The notes under the pieces: model-generated
Told to the model about the DNA's origin: nothing
What the model saw: only the letters and a program-made list of their open reading frames with translations
Databases searched by the model: none
Translations under genes and position numbers: made by a program
Part shown: positions 1-8,359 of the stretch, in pieces
How positions within the stretch are numbered: the first letter of the stretch is position 1
Layout: each line of letters begins with the position of its first letter
NCBI GenBank assembly: GCA_965207035.1
Contig: OZ242259.1
Coordinates: forward strand, 2,105,454-2,169,453
DNA from: Bryobacterales bacterium
Lineage (GTDB): Bacteria > Acidobacteriota > Terriglobia > Bryobacterales > UBA6623
Direction of reading: 5' to 3'
DNA length: 64,000 nt

Positions 1-746
1 CGCGGATCGCCGCTGCCCTTCCCCCATGCAGTTTCGGCGGCCCTGCGATGACGATCCGCAAATTCGGTCGCCGGCGGCTGTCGCTGGCCGACCTGGCGCA
101 CACAGGGAGCGTACCTCCGGCAGCGGAAGCAGCTGCGCGGGAAGCCGCGGAGCAGCGACGCAACATCCTCGTTAGCGGAGGGACCGGCACGGGCAAGACC
201 ACGCTGCTGGCTGCGGTCGCCGCCCTGGTCCCGCAAGACGAGCGCGTGATCGTGATCGAGGACACGGTCGAACTGCCGCTAGGGCATCCCAATGCGCTGC
301 GTTTCGCGGCGCGGCGCTCGGCCGAGGGAATCCCGGCGGTGACCGTGCGAGACCTCGTGCGGGCCGCGCTACGCCACCGTCCGGACAGGATCGTGGTGGG
401 CGAAGTGCGTGGCGAGGAGGCCTGGGACCTGATCCAAGCGCTCAACACCGGTCACGGCGGCTCGCTCACGACCCTCCACGCGAGTTCGGCGTACAACGCC
501 CTGAAGCGCTGCGCCTCATGTGTGTTGCAGGCCGGGACGGGCCTGCCCTACGAGGCCGTGCAGGATCTGATTGGCGACGTGATTGACCTGGTTCTCCATC
601 TTGAGCGGCACGGGGGGCGCCGATGCGTGACCGAGGCCCTGTGGGTCGAGGGATTCGACCCGGCGGCGCGTCGGTGGACATGCCGAGAAATACACGGTGG
701 TTGGTCGCGCGTAACCGTCAATTCCGAGGGGAGAAGCGAGACATGA
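1..746 (+). CDS. Type IV secretion / conjugal-transfer ATPase, VirB11/TrbB (T2SSE) family; 5' end lies upstream of the window
   Basis: The frame is open from nt 3 to the stop at 744-746. It has Walker A GGTGTGKTT, IVVGEVRGEEA (Walker B/Asp box) and NTGHGGSLTTLHA (His box). Walker A sits only ~45 aa into the visible ORF, so the N-terminal domain is missing from the window. Confidence 0.85.
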   Translation, partial: RIAAALPPCSFGGPAMTIRKFGRRRLSLADLAHTGSVPPAAEAAAREAAEQRRNILVSGGTGTGKTTLLAAVAALVPQDERVIVIEDTVELPLGHPNALRFAARRSAEGIPAVTVRDLVRAALRHRPDRIVVGEVRGEEAWDLIQALNTGHGGSLTTLHASSAYNALKRCASCVLQAGTGLPYEAVQDLIGDVIDLVLHLERHGGRRCVTEALWVEGFDPAARRWTCREIHGGWSRVTVNSEGRSET

Positions 747-979
747 GACGAGCGGATGGAACAGTTCGGGCTCCGGGTGGGCGCATCGCGCCCCTGCGTC
801 GGGCACGGACTGCGGACGAAGTCGGGCAAGCACTCGAGCCGGGCGTAGTCGTGGAAACCGACTTGGCAACAGCCGAGGCTTGCGGCGCCTGGCTCGACGA
901 TGTCGACGCCGCAGAGGCGTTCGAGGCGGCGACGGACCCCGCTGACTTCGGGGAGGGTGCGGACGATGGCCCGCAGTAG
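743..979 (+). CDS. Small hypothetical protein (78 aa) with an acidic C-terminus
   Basis: The ATG at 743 overlaps the ATPase stop (ATGA) and is preceded by GAGGGGA. The ORF ends 14 nt inside ardC. I recognise no family, so support is positional only. Confidence 0.35.
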   Translation: MRRADGTVRAPGGRIAPLRRARTADEVGQALEPGVVVETDLATAEACGAWLDDVDAAEAFEAATDPADFGEGADDGPQ

Positions 980-2081
980 CGCACGCTCCAAGGTCGAGGA
1001 CTACTACAACCGGGTAGCCGACTCGCTGATCAAGCAGATCGAGCGCGGCACTGCTCCGTGGACCCAGGCATGGCAGCCCGGCGAGAAGGCCATGCCGTGT
1101 AATGTCAAGACCGGCAAGGCCTACCGGGGCGGCAACTCCGTGTGGCTGATGTCGGTGGCCGAGCGCCGGGGCTACTCTGACGAACGATGGGGGACCTTCA
1201 AGCAGGTCCAGGAAGTCGAAGGGCAGGTGCGCCGGGGAGAAAAGGGGACGCGGATCCTGTACTGGCACTTTGAAGACCGTCGGCTTGCCAAGGACAGGAA
1301 CGGCCTCCCGGTGCTGGATAACAAGGGCAATCCCGTGTTCGAGACCAGGGCACTGCCAGCGCCTCGAGCGTATACATACACCGTCTTCAACGCCGAGCAG
1401 TGCCAAGGCCTGCCGGAACGGCCGAGCAAGCGGGCATGGGACGAACACGAGGGAGCGGACCGCCTGATCCAACTGACCGGAGCCAGAATCGAGCACTCCG
1501 GGGACGACCGGGCCTTCTACGACCTCAGGGGAGACCGGATCGTCCTGCCGTACAAGGAACGCTTTGAGAGCGCGCCAGGCTACTACCAGTCGGCGCTCCA
1601 CGAGCTGGGTCACTGGACGGGGCATGCAAGCCGACTGAACCGGGCAACACTGCAAGAAGGGATCGTGGAGGGCCCGTACTCAAAGCAGTACGCCCGGGAA
1701 GAGCTGCGGGCGGAGATCAGCTCGATGATGACGGGAGACCGGCTCAATCTAGGGCACGACCCCTCGCGGAACGCCTCGTATGTGAATCACTGGATCAAGG
1801 CGCTCCGAGACGACTCGAGGGAGATTTACAGGGCAAGCCGGGACGCTCAGGATATCAGCGACTACCTGATCGAACCCGAGCGCAACCGGATCGCGGAGCG
1901 CGAGGCAAAGATGGCTGCGATTGAACGGGAAGGACACCAATCCGAGCACATGAGTCGTCAAGGTCGCGAGGCATCGCCGAAGGAGAACCTAGGTGCGGAT
2001 GCCCCGCTGAACGAGCGAACAAGAGTACTGTGGCCGAGCCGAACAATCGAACGTGCCTGGGCCGATCGACCAAGCCGGTAA
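966..2081 (+). CDS. ardC: ArdC-like antirestriction protein (N-terminal ssDNA-binding domain plus C-terminal zincin-like metalloprotease domain)
   Basis: The start MARSSARSK at 966 has GGAGG upstream. The N-domain motif is KAYRGGNSVWLM and the HExxH motif is HELGHWTGH. It sits next to a T4SS ATPase. Confidence 0.85.
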   Translation: MARSSARSKVEDYYNRVADSLIKQIERGTAPWTQAWQPGEKAMPCNVKTGKAYRGGNSVWLMSVAERRGYSDERWGTFKQVQEVEGQVRRGEKGTRILYWHFEDRRLAKDRNGLPVLDNKGNPVFETRALPAPRAYTYTVFNAEQCQGLPERPSKRAWDEHEGADRLIQLTGARIEHSGDDRAFYDLRGDRIVLPYKERFESAPGYYQSALHELGHWTGHASRLNRATLQEGIVEGPYSKQYAREELRAEISSMMTGDRLNLGHDPSRNASYVNHWIKALRDDSREIYRASRDAQDISDYLIEPERNRIAEREAKMAAIEREGHQSEHMSRQGREASPKENLGADAPLNERTRVLWPSRTIERAWADRPSR

Positions 2082-2344
2082 CGGCACGGTCCGGAGTGAG
2101 CCACCGCCAACCAGAGTTTCCTGTCAAATCGTTTCTTCCGAACACTAGTTGAGTCCACCTGGAGATTGAGACCGGAATGTTGGCGATTGTGGAAAGTTCT
2201 GGCCAAGAAGCAATTACTCAAGTGAACCGGAAAGGCAATTGACTCGACGGTACATCTGAGCTAACTTGTTGAATAGAGGCTCGGCTTCGTATGTGGTTCT
2301 GTGCCCTGATGTGCAGATGCTGCAGGCGGGGCGTTGCCTCTTCC

Positions 2345-3232
2345 TTATCGAGCGGTTCGGGCCTTGTACGGATCGGGAACGTAGAAAATCCCGTATGTAT
2401 CAAAGGTCCGGCCATCACGGTATCCTTGCCCACGAAACTGAAGTTCGGACAGCTCCGTTCCAAAGTCCGCGGCGATTTCGTTTCGAGTTTCTGCGTTCAT
2501 CCCTCGACCTGGAATACGAAATCCCCAATTTGTGCAATAGATGCACAGGTCCGCTGCCTGGACAGCGTAGGTCATGTCGGAAGACACGAAGAACGGTGTA
2601 GGCACAATCCATCTGCTCCTTCTGCGCCCGGTGTCAGTCGATGTGAAGTATTTTTCCAGCCTAGCGACCAACCTGCGGTCTTGGTGCTTTTCCGTTTCAT
2701 CCATGACCAGAACGCCATGCTCTTTCTGTTGCTGTAGGAAATAGAAATACCGCTCCAAGAGGAAGACGATGTCCTTGCGTAGGTAGTCGTCAAATCGGTA
2801 GTCGGCCGGTTTTTGAACCCCCCGCGAGATCGCAGAAGCGAGCAGTACAGCGCCATGTAGTTTCAAGAGACCGAAGGTTCCCTTCGCCATTTGGAGACAA
2901 GCTTGGCCATATGCCGTAAATTCTGTACGGCGTTGCACGGCACTTGTCCGAGCCTTCTTTAGAAACGAGTGGCAGAGCATCTGGCGGTCAGCATCCGGTA
3001 GTGGTGCTCCTTGCCGTGCAAATTTGAAATGCTGAGTTCCGACTAGCGTCGTACCCTTGATTTCTTTGCCGAATTCGTCCAGCCGGCAACCGAAGCACTC
3101 GACTTCCAGTTGCTGCATGTCCAGTACGAACGGCCACAATCGGCTGGCATGGATTGCGATACCGCCATGGACTTCATACGGCATGGTTTTGTGGTCGTGC
3201 CCACTCTCGTCAATGAAGAATAACCATGCCAT
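2345..3232 (-). CDS. DUF3800 family protein
   Basis: The N-terminus MAWLFFIDESGH matches the characteristic (Y/F)IDESG start. It is 295 aa and lies in a visibly more AT-rich stretch than its neighbours. Confidence 0.8.
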   Translation of the reverse strand: MAWLFFIDESGHDHKTMPYEVHGGIAIHASRLWPFVLDMQQLEVECFGCRLDEFGKEIKGTTLVGTQHFKFARQGAPLPDADRQMLCHSFLKKARTSAVQRRTEFTAYGQACLQMAKGTFGLLKLHGAVLLASAISRGVQKPADYRFDDYLRKDIVFLLERYFYFLQQQKEHGVLVMDETEKHQDRRLVARLEKYFTSTDTGRRRSRWIVPTPFFVSSDMTYAVQAADLCIYCTNWGFRIPGRGMNAETRNEIAADFGTELSELQFRGQGYRDGRTFDTYGIFYVPDPYKARTAR

Positions 3233-3260
3233 TTCGCATCTATCGCATAGAACTCAGCGA

Positions 3261-3995
3261 CTATTCGCTGTCTGTCTGATTCTCGGAGTCGTATTCCTTC
3301 ATTCTCGCGACGAGATCCAGCAGAAACTGCTGGTCCGGTTGATCAAGCTTAAACAGGTCCACAGCGAAGCTCAGTGTTACGCTGCCGCCTCCGCTGCGAA
3401 GCTTGACAGTGTGTTCCATTGGTGGGTTTTCTGAAGCCGGTTCGCGCTTCGCCTCAAGAGTACTTGGCTTCTCCCTCCGACGGGCCGGCCCGTTCCGTCG
3501 GACCTTGCGCCTCCTAGGCTTTTGAATGTGGGGAGAAAGCTCAATCCCGGCATCCTGGGCCATGGCCTTGAAGAAGTTGACGCAACGCTCGACCGTTGCG
3601 CCGGTGGCACCTGTGTTCTCTCGGAACTGCTCATCTAGGTGCTGAGAAGTTGTGGCGCGTAGGTCAAATGGAGAATCCCAAAGGAACGGGTATGTGCTTC
3701 TCACCATCTCATGAATCACGGCCTTTCGTTCATCGTCAGTTGCTCGATGGAGCTGCCGAAGTCTCTCTGTCGGTACGCCATCGTCGGTGACAAGGCCGGT
3801 AGCCTTTAGAGCCTGCTGCAGATGACTCTGCGTGCCTCCTGACATGGAGCTCATCAGACTCCGATCGATTCTCGAAGGCAGTGGTTCCCCTAGCCCTGCC
3901 AGGAAGCCCTTGAGAGTCTTGTAGGAAACGTACGGAGGCGTAGGCAATCGACCAGCAACACTTTCGCGTGCCAAATCCTGTTGTAGTTCGCTCAT
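3261..3995 (-). CDS. Hypothetical protein: DUF5343-like N-terminal domain, basic linker and short C-terminal domain
   Basis: It is 244 aa. The pattern PPYVSYKTLKGFL...ALKATGLVTDDGVPT...FFKAMAQDAGIE matches my recollection of DUF5343. The linker is PRRRKVRRNGPARRREKP. It shares strand and low-GC block with the DUF3800 gene. Confidence 0.6.
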   Translation of the reverse strand: MSELQQDLARESVAGRLPTPPYVSYKTLKGFLAGLGEPLPSRIDRSLMSSMSGGTQSHLQQALKATGLVTDDGVPTERLRQLHRATDDERKAVIHEMVRSTYPFLWDSPFDLRATTSQHLDEQFRENTGATGATVERCVNFFKAMAQDAGIELSPHIQKPRRRKVRRNGPARRREKPSTLEAKREPASENPPMEHTVKLRSGGGSVTLSFAVDLFKLDQPDQQFLLDLVARMKEYDSENQTDSE

Positions 3996-4817
3996 ATGGA
4001 CAGCGTAGCACTACGGCCCAAGGCCGTCAAGTAGTTTGTCCGACTAATAGTCCGACTCCTTTTCTGGGTCGATCGCTCAACGCTCTTGTAGGCCCTCAGG
4101 GTTGAGCTGTGTCTTGAATTAAACTCTTATTTTGTAGTAAGTTGACTCCTGATGATTGGTCGGCCTAGATGTCTGGCCCACCAAATCTGTGGGGAAGGAT
4201 GTACACATGGTTTAGGCGCAGTGTCGTGCGCAAAGCATGCCTATACATAGTACAGCCATTCGTTGCCGGCGTAGTTGTGATGCATATGCTTTCGTGCTGC
4301 CCGTTCAGGGCGGTGACTTCGCCACAGCAAAGATTGCTACTGGCGGCACAAACGGCAGATGGACGGCCGTCCTCGGCGAGTTCTCGCTCACGGATTGAAT
4401 CCAAGCATCTGCCACCGATGCACCTCCTCTCTCTGGTGTAAGAACGGGTGCTCTCCTGGCTGTGGTCGACTGTAGGCTGGAGTGGCACGGCCATCGACTC
4501 TCGCGGGCCGCCACCATCCGGTCGTCGCGGTCTCACCGGACACAGAACTGGATCAAAGCATTGACAACTTGAACGGGCTGCAGACAGGTTGTGCGATCTT
4601 GCATTGACAACAGCCAGCGCGATTCTTAGCGACCTGTACGAATCCGGCTGGCAAGAAGAGAGGCTTTGCAGCTCTCGGCCGGCCATAGCGAGCGGCCGTT
4701 TCGGGACGTGCATCAGTCACCGAGCATTTCGCCTCACTCTTCGCGTGGACCGAGAGGGTGGCCGAATCGCGAAACTCCTACCGAAGAACACTACGCCGCA
4801 GCGCAGCCCATTCGTCG

Positions 4818-5237
4818 CTATGCACCGATAACGTGCAAGACGAGCGTTCGCCGGTGCGGATGCCGGCGATGTTCGAACAGGTAGATTCCCTGCCAAGTCC
4901 CTAGCGCCGGCCTGCGGTCGACTATGGGCAGCGACAGGTGGGTCTGGGTCAACGCTGTCCGGATGTGCGCCGGCATGTCGTCCGGCCCCTCCATCGTATG
5001 GCGGTACAGGCGATTGTCTTCGGGCACGAGCCGGGTGAAGAACCGCTCAAGGTCATGTACGACGTCTGGATCCGCGTTTTCCTGGATCGTCAGGGACGCA
5101 GACGTATGGCGGATGAACACGGTCAGCATCCCCGTTTCAACACCAAGTCCCGCCACCCAGTCCCGAACCGGGCGGGTGACCTCGGACAAACCCTTACCCT
5201 TGGTCTCAACTTGCAACTGTCGAACGAACTGCTTCAT
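4818..5237 (-). CDS. yjbQ: YjbQ/UPF0047 family protein (secondary thiamine-phosphate synthase-like)
   Basis: It is 139 aa with GMLTVFIRHTSASLTIQENADPDV...GPDDMPAHI...GTWQGIYLFEHR, typical of UPF0047. Confidence 0.9.
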   Translation of the reverse strand: MKQFVRQLQVETKGKGLSEVTRPVRDWVAGLGVETGMLTVFIRHTSASLTIQENADPDVVHDLERFFTRLVPEDNRLYRHTMEGPDDMPAHIRTALTQTHLSLPIVDRRPALGTWQGIYLFEHRRHPHRRTLVLHVIGA

Positions 5238-5577
5238 CTCGGGCCCTTCCTAAGTGTCTCTCGAATCACCGTCGGAATCACTCAAGGCCCCACCGCATGG
5301 CTCTCGAATCGCAATCTCTATCCCGTAATTGGCGGGTTGTCGAGGATGTGACATATCTAGGGCAGGTAGGTCTGCATCCGAGCCCCTCGGACGACAAATC
5401 TGTGCTGACGGTTCGCCCGTCGGAACTGGATCGAGGAAGCGAGTCCAATCTGTAGTGACCCGCTGGTGACGCCTCGCTGGCCTTTCCCATGCAGCGACAT
5501 GGTGGTCTCGACACCCCTCCGGGAGCAACCGGACTGCCTTGCGCCATTTCTACGACAAGCGCCCATATAGTGAGGAA

Positions 5578-6569
5578 ATGGCCATCGCGGGAGATCCCAT
5601 CGCACGCTACCTTCACACGTTCGATCAACTCCGGGCAGCCAAGCCCTGGTCGCAAAACATCGCCACTTTCCGTTTCGTCGCACTGACCCTTGGTGAGGCC
5701 GGCCCGGCAATCAGGTACGACCGCTTGAATCAAGCGGCGGACGAACTTCGGCAGGTTCACACTGGGCCAGCCCCCTCCACCAGGAGATTCGTTTCGTCGT
5801 GGCGGCAATGCTTCTGCGGAGACAGCTTGACCCCGCCGAAGTTCAAGCACGAGTCGCTGAAACGCTTGACGGTTTCACGGCACGCAAGCTGCCGAAACTT
5901 GGAATCGGTCCAACGCTGGCGGCGCTGCTGCTCACGCTGCATAGCGAAGGGCGCCCGGTTGCTGAACAGGATCTCCAGCGACTGGCACGAATCTTCAGGC
6001 AGTGGCGGAAGGACCATTTCTGGCTAACCGATGCGAACGACCTGCCAGCAGCCGCGCTGCACGCCAGCCGGAGAGAACCCGTCGAGACTCTGACCGCAAG
6101 CATCGAGCGGGCCTATGGCAGTCTTCACGATGCCGGGTTCCGGCGGGGCAATCCCCTGCAGCTCGCCTCCCACCTGCTGGCGGCCTACCCGCAGGGAACT
6201 GATACGGGAGTGTCCCGGTTCTGCGCGATCGCGGGGCAGTTGAAGAGTGCTGGTGAATCCGTCTCGACAGGCCGATACGACGAAATCGCGATGCTGGCCC
6301 TTACCCAGGGTGACCCTCGGACCGCTGTCGACCAGGTGTTGCGGTACTCCGAGCGTCTCCGACAAGCCAAGCCGCGCCCGTCAAGGGAGGTGGCATTCTC
6401 GCTGGCCGCAGGCATCGAACTGGCCGAAGACACAGAGCGCGCCACGAAGGACAACGCCGGCGACCTTGCGGCGCTGCAATCCATCCGCGCGATCTTGGAC
6501 GCGCAACAGGCAGCAGTGATGGCGGCGGTCTCTGCAAGTACCGGTGCCACAGTCGCAGCTTCCAACTGA
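5578..6569 (+). pseudogene. Hypothetical protein (possibly DUF4003-like) with an apparent 1-nt frameshift near 5758-5762
   Basis: The N-terminal ~60 codons (MAIAGDPIARY...AADELRQV) are in frame 1. The rest (HWASPLHQEIRFVVAAMLL...AASN*) is in frame 0. Removing one nt around 5761 joins them into a ~330-aa ORF. A GTG at 5799 would allow a shorter intact product. Confidence 0.5.
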
Positions 6570-6799
6570 CCTTGCCATTGAGAGCGGTCACGCCCTGTTT
6601 CGACCTGGGAAGGCGATCGGCAGTCAAGGCCAGCGAGACATTGTTGGGGCTTCGGGCCAACCCAGCGGAGCACTGAAGGGACCACCGGACGACGGACCTG
6701 ATCGCATCGCAGCTCGCGACGGTCCGGCGGGGGCGAGCATGAATGCAGGAGCCGATCTCCACGCCAGGAAACCGCTGGTGGCCGAAATCTGCGTGAGAT

Positions 6800-7187
6800 G
6801 CCGCCGACGGAGCGGGTTGCGCGCCCGAGGTCGCGGATGCTCCAGCGAAACAGGGGCTGGCCGCGATCGGCGGGCGGTTCGCAGGCGGAGGCGCGGACGT
6901 GGACTACGAGCTCAGGGGGGAAGGGCCCGCGGGCGACCGGGACGGGGGAGTTCCTCAAGGCCAGCCAAGCGGCGCTCGAAGAAGCGCTTGCGCCACAGGC
7001 TGACGACTTCGCGGCGGGTGTCGAGGCGGCTGGCGATGGCGTGATTGCCGAGGTCCTGGGCGGCGAGCAGGATCATCCTGGCGCGAGTGACTTGAAAGTA
7101 CGGCAACGTATAGCTTCTGGCGCGCCGATGCAGTTCTCGACGCTCTGAATCGGACAGTACGATGCTGAAGGGGCTCTGGCGTGGCAT
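6800..7187 (-). pseudogene. IS630-family transposase, N-terminal (HTH) remnant, frameshifted and 3'-truncated
   Basis: ORF 6912-7187 reads ...LSDSERRELHRRAR...ARMILLAAQDLGNHAIASRLDTRREVVSLWRKRFFERRLAGLEELPRPGRPRA. The next frame continues FPPELVVHVRASACEPPADRGQPLFRWSIRDL. No DDE catalytic part follows. Confidence 0.6.
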
Positions 7188-7353
7188 GAAGGTCTTTTTG
7201 CTAGGAGCAGAATGCCACGAAAGGCCGAATCACGCAAGTATAGATACGTTAGTATATTAGAGTAATAGGCGCTGGAGTTCTAGGCCCTACCGCGCAGTCA
7301 TCTGCTAGGTTTAAGGTAAGAGACGAGCCGAGGTGCTTCGGTTCAGCCGTCCT

Positions 7354-7379
7354 GACGTCTTCGTCTGCGCGAAGATGTC
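7354..7379. promoter_or_regulatory. Imperfect palindrome/hairpin ~60 nt upstream of response regulator 1
   Basis: GACGTCTTCG-tctgcg-CGAAGATGTC forms a 10-bp stem with one G-T position. Its function is unknown. Confidence 0.25.
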
Positions 7380-7439
7380 AATCGTAGCTACGCAGCTGTC
7401 CAAACGCACGTCCCGGATTTCTCCCCAGTCTCGTAGCCG

Positions 7440-8132
7440 ATGTCCTATCGCGTGCTCGTAGTCGAAGACGAGGATAGTGTCCGCCTGGGCTTGGAGGACT
7501 GCCTCCGCATCGCCGGCTACGATGTCGAGACCGCCGAGGACGGCCAAGCGGCTTTGGGCCGCGCCATGCGCGGCGGGCTTGACGTCATCGTCCTAGACCT
7601 GATCCTTCCCGCGATGGATGGCGTCTCGGTCTGTTCGGAATTGCGCAGCATGGGCATCGACACGCCTGTCCTGATGGTAACCGCAAAATCCCGATTGGAA
7701 GACAGGCTGCGAGGGTTTTCGGTCGGCGCGGACGACTACCTGACTAAGCCCTTCGAGTCGCTCGAACTCCTTGCCAGGGTCAAGGCTGTCCTGAATCGCA
7801 GCCAATCCAGAACCGACGGAGAGACCGAGCAAGGCAGCTCAGCTGGAGACTCTTCCTTGGATTTACGGGACGGAGTCGTCTGGTACGGAAACCGGCCGCT
7901 GGAGCTGTCGAACAAGGAGCATGCGCTCCTGCGCTATTTCATCGCGCATCCCCATCAGGTCCTAAGCCGGGAACGCATCCTCAAGGCACTCTGGAGGTCG
8001 CCGCTGGGCGAATCGACGCGAACGGTCGATGTGCATGTCGCCTCGCTACGCAGGAAGATCGGGGACGACCCAGCCCGTCCCCGCCGAATTCGGACGGCCT
8101 ACAGGGAGGGATATGAGTTCGTGCCTGACTAA
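7440..8132 (+). CDS. OmpR/PhoB-family response regulator (paralog 1)
   Basis: The receiver domain has VLVVEDE, VIVLDLILPAMDG and MVTAK. The C-terminal winged-helix reads TRTVDVHVASLRRKIGDD...YEFV. Confidence 0.92.
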   Translation: MSYRVLVVEDEDSVRLGLEDCLRIAGYDVETAEDGQAALGRAMRGGLDVIVLDLILPAMDGVSVCSELRSMGIDTPVLMVTAKSRLEDRLRGFSVGADDYLTKPFESLELLARVKAVLNRSQSRTDGETEQGSSAGDSSLDLRDGVVWYGNRPLELSNKEHALLRYFIAHPHQVLSRERILKALWRSPLGESTRTVDVHVASLRRKIGDDPARPRRIRTAYREGYEFVPD

Positions 8133-8359
8133 CGCGGTTCCTCTCGAATGCGAAATCCCAGCCCTCCAGCCAACAGCCAGGCTTCCAGTTCCGTCCCTCG
8201 CAGTTCCACAGCTCGGCCGTTCGTTCGGGTTCCGCCGGGTGGACCTGGTCCGCAGGATGCGGTGCCCGGCCCCCTGGTCTCTAAGACGCGGCGTCGAAAG
8301 CCCCCGACTGCGGGCCCGGATCGACCTCAGACTGCTCGGCGGCGTAACGCCGCGCGCGG

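Noticed and set aside
516-1655. A 379-aa minus-strand ORF overlapping the ATPase 3' end and most of ardC.
   Set aside because: It is antisense to two genes with clear family motifs. Its translation is Pro/Arg/Gly-rich with no motifs, which is typical of spurious long ORFs in high-GC DNA.
4380-4400. A tRNA-like T-loop string (cggattgaatccaag). I also did a general search for tRNA or tmRNA attachment sites.
   Set aside because: There is no matching T-stem or acceptor arm, and I found no convincing GTTCGAATC-type T-arm anywhere in the window.
6185-6958. A 257-aa minus-strand ORF.
   Set aside because: Only its first ~45 aa are transposase-like (IS630 continuation). The rest is antisense to the 5799-6569 coding region and has no protein-like character.
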